From an uncultured Bacteroidales bacterium (lineage in GTDB: Bacteria; Bacteroidota; Bacteroidia; Bacteroidales; FEN-979), in the NCBI GenBank assembly GCA_903959905.1, contig CAJBYO010000005.1:148674-212673 (forward strand): DNA of 64,000 nucleotides, given 5' to 3'. Shown here piece by piece: positions 1 to 7,688 of this stretch (its first letter is position 1; every line of letters begins with the position of its first letter). The translations under genes and the position numbers were made by a program. The notes under the pieces are model-generated. The model saw only the letters and a program-made list of their open reading frames with translations, was not told where the DNA came from and made no database searches.

Positions 1-94
1 ACAATCCAACCTTGGTCAATCCAATACAAGCGAGGCAAATAAAAATTATACTGAAAATAAATGGTATCGAGATTTTTTGATAAAAAATTTTCAT
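1..94 (-). CDS. 5' end of a membrane-protein gene that runs off the left edge (partial)
   Basis: ATG (cat on + strand) at 92-94. The minus-strand translation MKIFYQKISIPFIFSIIFICLACIGLTKVGL is one hydrophobic helix and stays open to the window edge. Too short to assign a family. Confidence 0.25.
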   Translation of the reverse strand, partial: MKIFYQKISIPFIFSIIFICLACIGLTKVGL

Positions 95-314
95 GCCTTT
101 TAAAGTAACAGTTCTTTTAAGAATTCGTATTTATTCACCCTTTACAAATATATGGCATTAATCTGTGAAAGAGTAAGAACTGGATTGACGTTTTTTTGTA
201 TAGGTGTCAATGACAGAACATATAACAGCAAAGGTATGGGCGCCATCGAACGCTTTGAAGAATCCCGACAAATAACTACAAAATCAATCAAATTAAAAAT
301 CAGATTGTTTTGAA

Positions 315-1085
315 TTATATGTCACTTTTATCGATGTCTTTTTTATTTTGATTCTTAATGCGTTGATAACCAAAAAATTCAAGTTCCTCCAACAATTCCA
401 GGTTGCATTTCACAATGTCATTATGGCTCATTTCGTCAGGATAACGTAATAATTTTCCGGTGTTGTATTGTTTTTTTCCCTTTATTGGATTAATAGTCAG
501 AGAATTGATCACTTCCATGACAATTGAAGATTCAAATTCGATGTTAATAAAATTCGTAAACCGATTTAATTCATATACGGGATTCATTAATAAGTCATGA
601 TAGGTATAGGTTTCGCATAAACCGGACCGAACCCATTCAATTCCGGTCCTGCAAAAACCTTTTACGATGGGTATTGAGTTCTGTACTGTATCAAACTGCA
701 AAAAGAAGGTGCTCTTCGCCGGATGAAGGAGTGAACGGGTTCCATGATCAATCGCTGACAGGATCACGTCACGCGGGTCGCGGTGAATATAAGTCGCAAG
801 AATTTGTTTATTTAAAATGAGGTCTCTTATCTGATTGGTTAACGACGAATGTGTCTTTACAACAAAAGGTCCAATTTTTTTACTTAAGTCAACAAGGTTT
901 CCAAGGGTTTCCGGTGACTCAATATCATGCACAAAGATCCCGATACCATTAACTTTTCCTTCTTTGATCAATTGCTCAAATTCAGCCTGTCCATTATTGG
1001 GCATCAAACGTTTCAGAACACCTTTTTGATATAGTGATAACAGGGTCGAACCGGATTTGGGCATTCCCACACTTAGAACAAACAT
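315..1085 (-). CDS. PAPS-dependent sulfotransferase family protein
   Basis: 256-aa ORF. It has the N-terminal 5'-phosphosulfate-binding loop GMPKSGSTLL and the 3'-phosphate-binding motif YIHRDPRDVILSA, the two hallmark motifs of the sulfotransferase fold. Confidence 0.75.
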   Translation of the reverse strand: MFVLSVGMPKSGSTLLSLYQKGVLKRLMPNNGQAEFEQLIKEGKVNGIGIFVHDIESPETLGNLVDLSKKIGPFVVKTHSSLTNQIRDLILNKQILATYIHRDPRDVILSAIDHGTRSLLHPAKSTFFLQFDTVQNSIPIVKGFCRTGIEWVRSGLCETYTYHDLLMNPVYELNRFTNFINIEFESSIVMEVINSLTINPIKGKKQYNTGKLLRYPDEMSHNDIVKCNLELLEELEFFGYQRIKNQNKKDIDKSDI

Positions 1086-1148
1086 ACTTGTAAGGTTTGA
1101 TTTATTGTAATATTCAATAATGTATATTGATTAAGCGCTTTCGGACCA

Positions 1149-1380
1149 TTAAGGAAAAACAGCAGCTACAATTACCCTTTCGAACAAATCAGCATAGTTG
1201 CTCCTATTCAGTTCGTAAGCAAATTCGTTTAGATAGTTCTGTAAATAATCTGAGCTCATTTTATGTTAATTATTCGGTAATATGCATATTGACAAACTTA
1301 TGGAGATCCTGATAGTTATTTCCATGGTCGGTGAATGTTCCATCACAGGCCCACTTCTTAACGAAGAACGAAAATGACAG
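1149..1380 (-). pseudogene. Frameshifted remnant of an IS1595-family (ISXO2-like DDE) transposase C-terminus
   Basis: Minus-strand frames read ..VKKWACDGTFTDHGNNYQDLHKFVNMHITE* (1380-1270) and, in a different frame, MSSDYLQNYLNEFAYELNRSNYADLFERVIVAAVFP* (1259-1149). From memory, the latter resembles the conserved HLQxYxDEFxFRxNxR tail of IS1595 transposases. There is no intact ORF and I found no terminal inverted repeats. Confidence 0.4.
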
Positions 1381-1440
1381 GCTTTACATTCAAATTCCGC
1401 TGGTAACAGCACCAGGTAACAAAAATATTAAATAAAAACA

Positions 1441-1448
1441 TACCTTTG
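1441..1448 (+). promoter_or_regulatory. Bacteroidota-type -7 promoter box (TAnnTTTG) for the rmlC-like operon
   Basis: TACCTTTG at 1441-1448, 56 nt upstream of the ATG at 1504, in an AT-rich divergent intergenic region. Confidence 0.4.
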
Positions 1449-1503
1449 CGAATTGAGATCTAAGGAATCAATTAATTGAATATCATAACGCGAAAAATCA
1501 TTC

Positions 1504-2163
1504 ATGAAAATACTTGAAGTAAAATCACTGGGGATTCCGGATGTATTCATTATCCGGTTTGGCAAGTTTCCGGATGAGCGTGGTTATTTTACCGAACCAT
1601 TCCGTCAAAGTGATTTTGATAATCATCCTGATATGTCTTTTATAAAAGGTATCAGGTTCGTGCAACAAAACGAAAGTTTTTCGAAAAAAAACGTATTAAG
1701 AGGTCTTCATCTCCAATGGAATCCTTACATGGGAAAACTGGTCAGGACCATCCATGGACATATGATTGATATTTTCTGTGATATACGTAAAGGATCTCCG
1801 ACTTTCGGTAAAGTTCTTATGTATGATATGCGAATGAGTCCGGACAGTGAATACAGTGAATGGATCTGGGTGCCTCCCGGGTTCGCCCACGGGAATCTCT
1901 TTATGCAGGAAACGACGATTGAATATTTGTGCAGTGGGGAATACAGTCAGGGCAATGAAGCCTCCATTTCTGCATTATCACCAGATTTGGATTGGAGTTT
2001 ATGCGATCCCAGGCTATCGGGATATCTTTCTTCATTGAAAGGACAGTTAATTATTGCGGAAAAAGACAGGGCGGGACTTTCTTTGGATTTTTGGACCAAT
2101 GATACAAGGTCAGATAATTTTATTTATGAAAAATTAACGAATTCGCATGTTCGATCAAAGTAA
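1504..2163 (+). CDS. rmlC: dTDP-4-dehydrorhamnose 3,5-epimerase family (RmlC-like cupin)
   Basis: 219 aa with the RmlC signature blocks FPDERGYFTEPF, NVLRGLHLQ, GKLVRTIHGHMIDIFCDIRKGSPTFGK and WVPPGFAHGN. Confidence 0.8.
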   Translation: MKILEVKSLGIPDVFIIRFGKFPDERGYFTEPFRQSDFDNHPDMSFIKGIRFVQQNESFSKKNVLRGLHLQWNPYMGKLVRTIHGHMIDIFCDIRKGSPTFGKVLMYDMRMSPDSEYSEWIWVPPGFAHGNLFMQETTIEYLCSGEYSQGNEASISALSPDLDWSLCDPRLSGYLSSLKGQLIIAEKDRAGLSLDFWTNDTRSDNFIYEKLTNSHVRSK

Positions 2164-2866
2164 AATGCTGATTACAGGAGGCAGTGGCCTCCTTGGCAGT
2201 GCCTTGAAAAGAATATTTCCGCATGCGTGCTTCCCGTCATCAACTGAATTTGATATTACGGATTATTCGCAGATGATAAATTTCCTGCAAGGGAAATCCA
2301 TCGATACTATTTTCCACGGTGCGGCCTTTATTTCTCCCCCAAGAATTGATCAGGATCCTTTCAAAGCCATTGAAGTCAATATAATAGGCACAGCCAACAT
2401 CATTCAAGTGGCACGGAAACACGAAGCCCGTGTAATTTACATCAGCACTGATTATGTTTTTAAAGGTGACCGTGGCAACTATAGGGAAGATGAACCGGTA
2501 TATCCTGTTAATAAATATGCCTGGTCAAAACTGGGTGGTGAATGTGTGGTAAGGTTATATGATAAATCACTTATCATCCGAACAACTTTCGGACCGGATG
2601 TTTTCCAATATGAAAAAGCGTTTACAGATCAATGGACCAGCAGGGAATGTGTTACAAAGATCGCGGTCATGATCTCAAAATTAATTCAACTGGAACAAAC
2701 CGGTGTTGTTCATGTAGGGGGAAAAAGAAAAAGTGTGTATGATTATGCAACCAATCTTGATCCATTGAAAGAAATAGGAAAGATCAGTATAAATGATGTT
2801 CCCTTCAATGTTCCTGTTGATACATCACTGAATACCGAATTATATGACAATCTTGTAAAGGAATAA
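2147..2866 (+). CDS. RmlD-like sugar-nucleotide reductase (short-chain dehydrogenase/reductase (SDR) family, short form)
   Basis: Rossmann motif MLITGGSGLLGSAL and an RmlD-type block ISTDYVFKGDRGNYREDEPVYPVNKYAWSKLGGE. About 50 aa shorter than canonical RmlD. The true start may be the ATG at 2165 (MLITGG..). Confidence 0.65.
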   Translation: MFDQSKMLITGGSGLLGSALKRIFPHACFPSSTEFDITDYSQMINFLQGKSIDTIFHGAAFISPPRIDQDPFKAIEVNIIGTANIIQVARKHEARVIYISTDYVFKGDRGNYREDEPVYPVNKYAWSKLGGECVVRLYDKSLIIRTTFGPDVFQYEKAFTDQWTSRECVTKIAVMISKLIQLEQTGVVHVGGKRKSVYDYATNLDPLKEIGKISINDVPFNVPVDTSLNTELYDNLVKE

Positions 2867-2885
2867 GTTCTATAACAAAAGATGA

Positions 2886-3869
2886 ATGGAGAATAATCAT
2901 AAAATCCGTATCCTGGTCGGTGGCGGTGCCGGTTACATCGGCTCTGCCCTTGTGCCGGTTCTATTGGAGCATGGTTATGATGTGACCGTGATTGATCTGT
3001 TATGGTTTGGGAATCATCTTCCGAAAGAAGTTAAGGTGATACAGAAGGATTTGTTTGACTGCAAGGCAGAAGAAATGCGTGGATATGACCAGTTTATTTT
3101 TCTTGCAGGACTTTCAAATGATCCCATGGCGGAATTGAGCCCGGCTAAGAATTTTATTTACAATGCCGCCTTACCAGCCTATCTTGCTTTTGAAGCCAAG
3201 AAGGCAGGGATCAGGCGATTCATTTATGCATCTTCCTGTTCTGTTTACGGATATACCGTTGATAAACTTTTTGACGAAGAGTCGCCTGTAACCTGTGAAT
3301 ACCCTTATGGCATTTCAAAATTACAGGGAGAAAGAGGCGTATTTCAGATCCAGGACAGTTCATTTTCGTGTATTGCGTTACGACAGGGAACGATCGTCGG
3401 GTATAGCCCGCGGATGAGATTTGATTTGATAATCAACATGATGTTCAAGTCCTGCATGATGGACGGAATAATAACCATCAACAATCCGGCTATCTGGCGG
3501 CCTGTTTTTGATATCAGGGATGCAGTTTCTGCTTATATCCGGGCGATTCAGGCAGATTATTCCATGAGTGGTGTTTTTAATGTAACCTCGGGTAATTATA
3601 CCGTAGGCCAGGTTGGGGATTTTGTCAAGCAACAGGTTGAAATGAAGACAGATATTAATATAAAACTGAATATTAAACATATCCAGGACTTCCGGAACTA
3701 TAAAGTGAATATAGAGAAAGCAAAAACACTGCTTGGATTTCAGCCGCAATTTTCAATCGTCGAAACCATAGATTATCTGTTTAAGCATTACAATGAAATT
3801 TCTGATTTTGAAAATGATAATTATTACAATATCAATATATTCAAGAAACTTTTGAATTTCCACCTGTAA
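2886..3869 (+). CDS. NAD-dependent nucleotide-sugar epimerase/dehydratase (extended SDR)
   Basis: ILVGGGAGYIGSALV Rossmann motif, ASSCSVYG, and the catalytic YxxxK in YGISKLQGE. Confidence 0.8.
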   Translation: MENNHKIRILVGGGAGYIGSALVPVLLEHGYDVTVIDLLWFGNHLPKEVKVIQKDLFDCKAEEMRGYDQFIFLAGLSNDPMAELSPAKNFIYNAALPAYLAFEAKKAGIRRFIYASSCSVYGYTVDKLFDEESPVTCEYPYGISKLQGERGVFQIQDSSFSCIALRQGTIVGYSPRMRFDLIINMMFKSCMMDGIITINNPAIWRPVFDIRDAVSAYIRAIQADYSMSGVFNVTSGNYTVGQVGDFVKQQVEMKTDINIKLNIKHIQDFRNYKVNIEKAKTLLGFQPQFSIVETIDYLFKHYNEISDFENDNYYNINIFKKLLNFHL

Positions 3870-3885
3870 CACAAAACCTTGCCCG

Positions 3886-4683
3886 ATGTCAAAGACACTT
3901 GTAATTATACTGAACCACAACATACCTGAATATGCAAACAGGCTTTACGATTCGCTTAAAGATTTCCAGGGAGAGACCTTTGATGTCTTTGTCATGGACA
4001 ACGGATCAAAGCCTGAACTGATGCCTGCTACCACCCATATAAGGTTTGAGCAAAACCTTTACTGGGGAGGAGCGCTGAATGAGGCATTCAAGATTGTGCT
4101 GAAGGATGATACCTATGATTCCCTGTTATTCTTAAATAATGATATAGAAGTAACCGGTGAGGTTATGGTTGACCTTCTCAGGCAGGAGTTGTTCAACAAC
4201 GATTTTGTCTTGATCCACCCTTGTGTAGCAGGCAGTCCGCAGCCCTGGAGGCAGATGCAAAATTGGGGTAGCAGGGAGACCCGGGAAGTGAAATGGATTG
4301 ATTTAATTGCCCCGCTGTTTCACCGCAAACTCATTGAACAAGTAAGGGAGTTTCCTTCCGAACTGTATTTCGGATGGGGACAGGAATTGATCATTTTTGA
4401 CATCTGCCAGGAGAAGGGATGGAAGACCGGGGTTTGCGATCATGTATGTATTCTGCATTTTGGAAAACAGACCTATATTCAACAGAAGCTGTTCATAACT
4501 GAAGAAACAGATAATGGTCTTGTGGAAAGGGCTATTCCGATCAGCGAGCGGCATGCTTTGGCTGCCATTGAATATCGCACATATTTTCAGCTGAATGTCC
4601 TTAAGCATGGTGTTTTTGACGATCTTCGGAAATACGGGGAGGAATATACCTATTATAATGCCCTGTCAGATAAAACATACTGA
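3886..4683 (+). CDS. Glycosyltransferase family 2-like
   Basis: N-terminal LVIILNHNIPEYANRLYDSL...VFVMDNGSKPE and LFLNNDIEV (DxD-like position), which is the GT-A fold pattern. Confidence 0.6.
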   Translation: MSKTLVIILNHNIPEYANRLYDSLKDFQGETFDVFVMDNGSKPELMPATTHIRFEQNLYWGGALNEAFKIVLKDDTYDSLLFLNNDIEVTGEVMVDLLRQELFNNDFVLIHPCVAGSPQPWRQMQNWGSRETREVKWIDLIAPLFHRKLIEQVREFPSELYFGWGQELIIFDICQEKGWKTGVCDHVCILHFGKQTYIQQKLFITEETDNGLVERAIPISERHALAAIEYRTYFQLNVLKHGVFDDLRKYGEEYTYYNALSDKTY

Positions 4684-4747
4684 TTCCATACTTTCGTGCC
4701 ACTAAAGAAAAAAAAGCGTAAAGGATTTTGTTTATAGGATAAGGGTG

Positions 4748-6142
4748 TTAATCGGTAACAGGTTTTTGATTTTTACCATTGTTCTGCCGTTCATATGCTT
4801 TCATTTCAGTTGCTTGTCCATTATCCCCTTGCTGGCTCATCCATCTCATCAATTTCTTTCTTAATTGTTGGACTGTCTGAGCATTATTTGGATCACTGAT
4901 GATGTTGTGTTGTTCATACGGGTCATTGATGATGTTGTATAATTCTTCTGCGGGACGATGCTGATATCGGTTAACAATGAATTTTGCAATGGTATCCGTG
5001 TCAGCTTTTGCTATCCAGGATTTGAAGAGATTACCCCGGGTAAAAGTGCATTGAAAACTGGCTTCCGGTGTCAGGTTATAAATATAGCGAAACGTATCTG
5101 AACGGATTGTCCTGATGCCGTAATATTCAGGCCCACGGTCAATCCCTCTGGAAGTCTGGATTCCATAGGTGTAGTTCTTATGCGTTGTTTTCTCTCCTAA
5201 TAAAACAGGCAAAAAACTCTTTCCATCAAGATTGGAAGGCACTTTTCCTCTGCAAATTTCAATTAATGTCGGCGTAACATCAACATATTCAACCATTGCC
5301 TTCGTTTTTGAACCTGCCTTTACCTTTCCGGGCCACCTGACAATAAAAGCTGTTTGTAAACCATTGTCATAACATGTCCATTTTGCAAAAGGAAAATTGT
5401 TCCCATTTTCACTGGTAAATACGACAACCGTATTCTCAGTAAGATTAAATTTTTTCAGGAGTTCCAGACATTTTCCAACTTCTTCATCCATATAGATAAT
5501 CTCAGCCAGGTATTTAACAAATTTACTCCTCATCTCTTTGGAGTCAACATAGTATGGTGGTAACTGAATTTGTTTGGGATCAAATTTCAATGTATCCCCT
5601 TTGGTATGAGGAAAATGCGGCTGATGAGAACAAACAAAAAGGCAAAAAGGTTGATCCTGTCTTTTTGTTTCTGCAAGGAAATCATCCATTGCGTTGAAAT
5701 TGAGGTCATCTCCAGGATCCCCAAGGAAGTCAAAAGGAAATGACTCTGGCGGGCTTATATGTTGTTTCCCTAAAAGTGCCACCCTGTAACCAGCGGGTTT
5801 CAGATAATGAAAAATGCTTTTGGTACCAGCGTTAACATGTGAATGATTGGGATAAGCCCCGTTCCTCACCGGATATAACCCTGTATATAAACATGACCGT
5901 GCAGGGGTGCACATAGAAGTTGGCTGAAAGCAGCGCATGAATTGCATTCCTTCATTCGCCAATTTGTCAATATTGGGGGTCACGACATTGACCCCGCCGT
6001 AACTGTCCAAATCACGGAAAGTACAATCATCAGCAATAAAAAAAAGAATATTTGGCAGATTCTTTTTTATCTCATTTGTCTGGGCTAATATGCTTGAACA
6101 TAACATAATTGCCACACATTGAAACAGGAGTAACTTTTTCAC
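4748..6142 (-). CDS. Secreted formylglycine-dependent sulfatase (arylsulfatase family)
   Basis: Signal peptide MKKLLLFQCVAIMLCSSILAQ, metal-binding NILFFIADD, the sulfatase signature C-x-P-x-R in SMCTPARSCLYTG, and GKQH. Confidence 0.85.
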   Translation of the reverse strand: MKKLLLFQCVAIMLCSSILAQTNEIKKNLPNILFFIADDCTFRDLDSYGGVNVVTPNIDKLANEGMQFMRCFQPTSMCTPARSCLYTGLYPVRNGAYPNHSHVNAGTKSIFHYLKPAGYRVALLGKQHISPPESFPFDFLGDPGDDLNFNAMDDFLAETKRQDQPFCLFVCSHQPHFPHTKGDTLKFDPKQIQLPPYYVDSKEMRSKFVKYLAEIIYMDEEVGKCLELLKKFNLTENTVVVFTSENGNNFPFAKWTCYDNGLQTAFIVRWPGKVKAGSKTKAMVEYVDVTPTLIEICRGKVPSNLDGKSFLPVLLGEKTTHKNYTYGIQTSRGIDRGPEYYGIRTIRSDTFRYIYNLTPEASFQCTFTRGNLFKSWIAKADTDTIAKFIVNRYQHRPAEELYNIINDPYEQHNIISDPNNAQTVQQLRKKLMRWMSQQGDNGQATEMKAYERQNNGKNQKPVTD

Positions 6143-6418
6143 GATTGTAAATTAATTTGTTGATCCTCATGTATTGACTTTTTCGGATCATTTAAATAGG
6201 TAGGAAATTTCCCGGATTATAATGAACATTTTGTTATAGTTTCTTTTCCGCAGGCTTTCGGATTCTGTTCCTTTAGCGAACTGTCTAACCAGATAGTTTA
6301 TTCAGGCAGGTTGTGTTTCAGGATGGTAATGGGGGTTTATAACATCGGCCAGGTTATTTTGCCAAAAGTAAAAATATTTTTAACTTTATAAAAATTTTGT
6401 TTTCAAAATGATACCCGT

Positions 6419-7573
6419 TTGAATAAAAAGGCAGTCATTGTATTGGGTACACATCGTAGCGGGACCTCAACAGCTTCCGGGATTCTTTACACACTTGGTC
6501 TTGACCTTGGAAATGCCGTAATGGGAGGTAATGATTGCAATCCAAGGGGTTTTTTTGAGAACTACAGGATCATGTTTTACAATGAAGACCTATTGTGCAA
6601 ACTCCATGCAAACTGGCATAATACGGTAGTACTTCCCATTGACTGGTGGAAATCCGATGAGATCCGTGCAGAAATTGATCGGCTGAAAAACCTCATCCTT
6701 GATGATTATCGTTCAGATGCCCCCTTATTGTTCAAAGATCCAAGGATGTGCATCCTGCTTCCTGTTTATCTTGAAGTTTTCAAGCAACTGGAGATAGAAC
6801 CGTTTTTCGTATTGGCTTACCGTAATCCCCTTGAAGTTACGGAATCCCTTCAAAAACGCGATGGATTCTCACACGATAAATCTATTCGGATCTGGCTTGA
6901 TCATATGTTAAAGGCGGAAAAATATTCCCGGCAATATCCCCGCATTTTTATTGATTTTGGAGATATTCTTGTTGACCCACTTTCACTGCCGGAAAAAATT
7001 CATTCTTTTTTTCCCCCGGAGATTCAGATTAGAACAGGCATAAGAGAAAAGATCCTTCAGTTTGTTGAACCAGAATTGAACCATTACATCGGAATCCGCG
7101 ATCCTGAGTCATTAGCCTATGATGCGGACAGAATGGGGATCTTTGAACTTTTCAGGCAATTCGTTCATCGACAGGACACTTCCGTAGATCATGAATATCT
7201 TGATGGCTATTCCTCGATGTTTTATAACACCTATAACTCAGCAGCCTGGCCAAAAATATCTGTGCTCATGATGGCGGGAAATGAACCGGCTGCTTTAGAG
7301 AAAACAATCGTGAACGTTGTTACCCAGGATTATCCTGACCTTGAAAGCATCCTAATCTGGAGCGATCCGGCAATGGCTGTGCAGGCAGTCATCGAGAAAT
7401 ACAGGCATCTCGTTTCGATATGTGTCAGTGAACAAGGCTATGGACTTGCCGACGCCAGGAACAGGGGCATCGAACAGGCGTCGGGCAAATGGAAGATATT
7501 GATGGAGGCAGGCGAAGCATTTTTCCGGCAATCATCCCTTACTGAACTTGTGGGAAGGAGGGAACAGTCCTGA
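6419..7573 (+). CDS. Sulfotransferase fused to a degenerate, truncated GT2-like domain
   Basis: TTG start. N-terminal half has VLGTHRSGTSTASG (5'-PSB loop) and AYRNPLEVTESL (3'-PB motif). The C-terminal ~100 aa (ISVLMMAGNEPAALEKTIVNVVTQDYPDLESILIWSD...ARNRGIEQASGKW) has GT2 layout, but the DD and DxD acidic positions are replaced and the domain stops early. Confidence 0.65.
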   Translation: MNKKAVIVLGTHRSGTSTASGILYTLGLDLGNAVMGGNDCNPRGFFENYRIMFYNEDLLCKLHANWHNTVVLPIDWWKSDEIRAEIDRLKNLILDDYRSDAPLLFKDPRMCILLPVYLEVFKQLEIEPFFVLAYRNPLEVTESLQKRDGFSHDKSIRIWLDHMLKAEKYSRQYPRIFIDFGDILVDPLSLPEKIHSFFPPEIQIRTGIREKILQFVEPELNHYIGIRDPESLAYDADRMGIFELFRQFVHRQDTSVDHEYLDGYSSMFYNTYNSAAWPKISVLMMAGNEPAALEKTIVNVVTQDYPDLESILIWSDPAMAVQAVIEKYRHLVSICVSEQGYGLADARNRGIEQASGKWKILMEAGEAFFRQSSLTELVGRREQS

Positions 7574-7688
7574 CCTCTGCACCAAAGTTGATTTCCCCAT
7601 TTTTTCTATCTTTGCATCAAACCGGGCAGGCCTTGAACAAGTACGGAGCAGCCTGTCCTGGTATCCATTTACATCATACACCTCATGC

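Noticed and set aside
1127-1312. 61-aa plus-strand ORF in the sulfotransferase/rmlC intergenic region
   Set aside because: It has no motif and lies antisense to the IS1595-like remnant, which explains the open frame better.
1504-3869. Calling this a complete dTDP-L-rhamnose (rmlABCD) pathway
   Set aside because: Only RmlC-like and a short RmlD-like protein are present. No thymidylyltransferase is visible, and the third SDR cannot be assigned as RmlB by eye.
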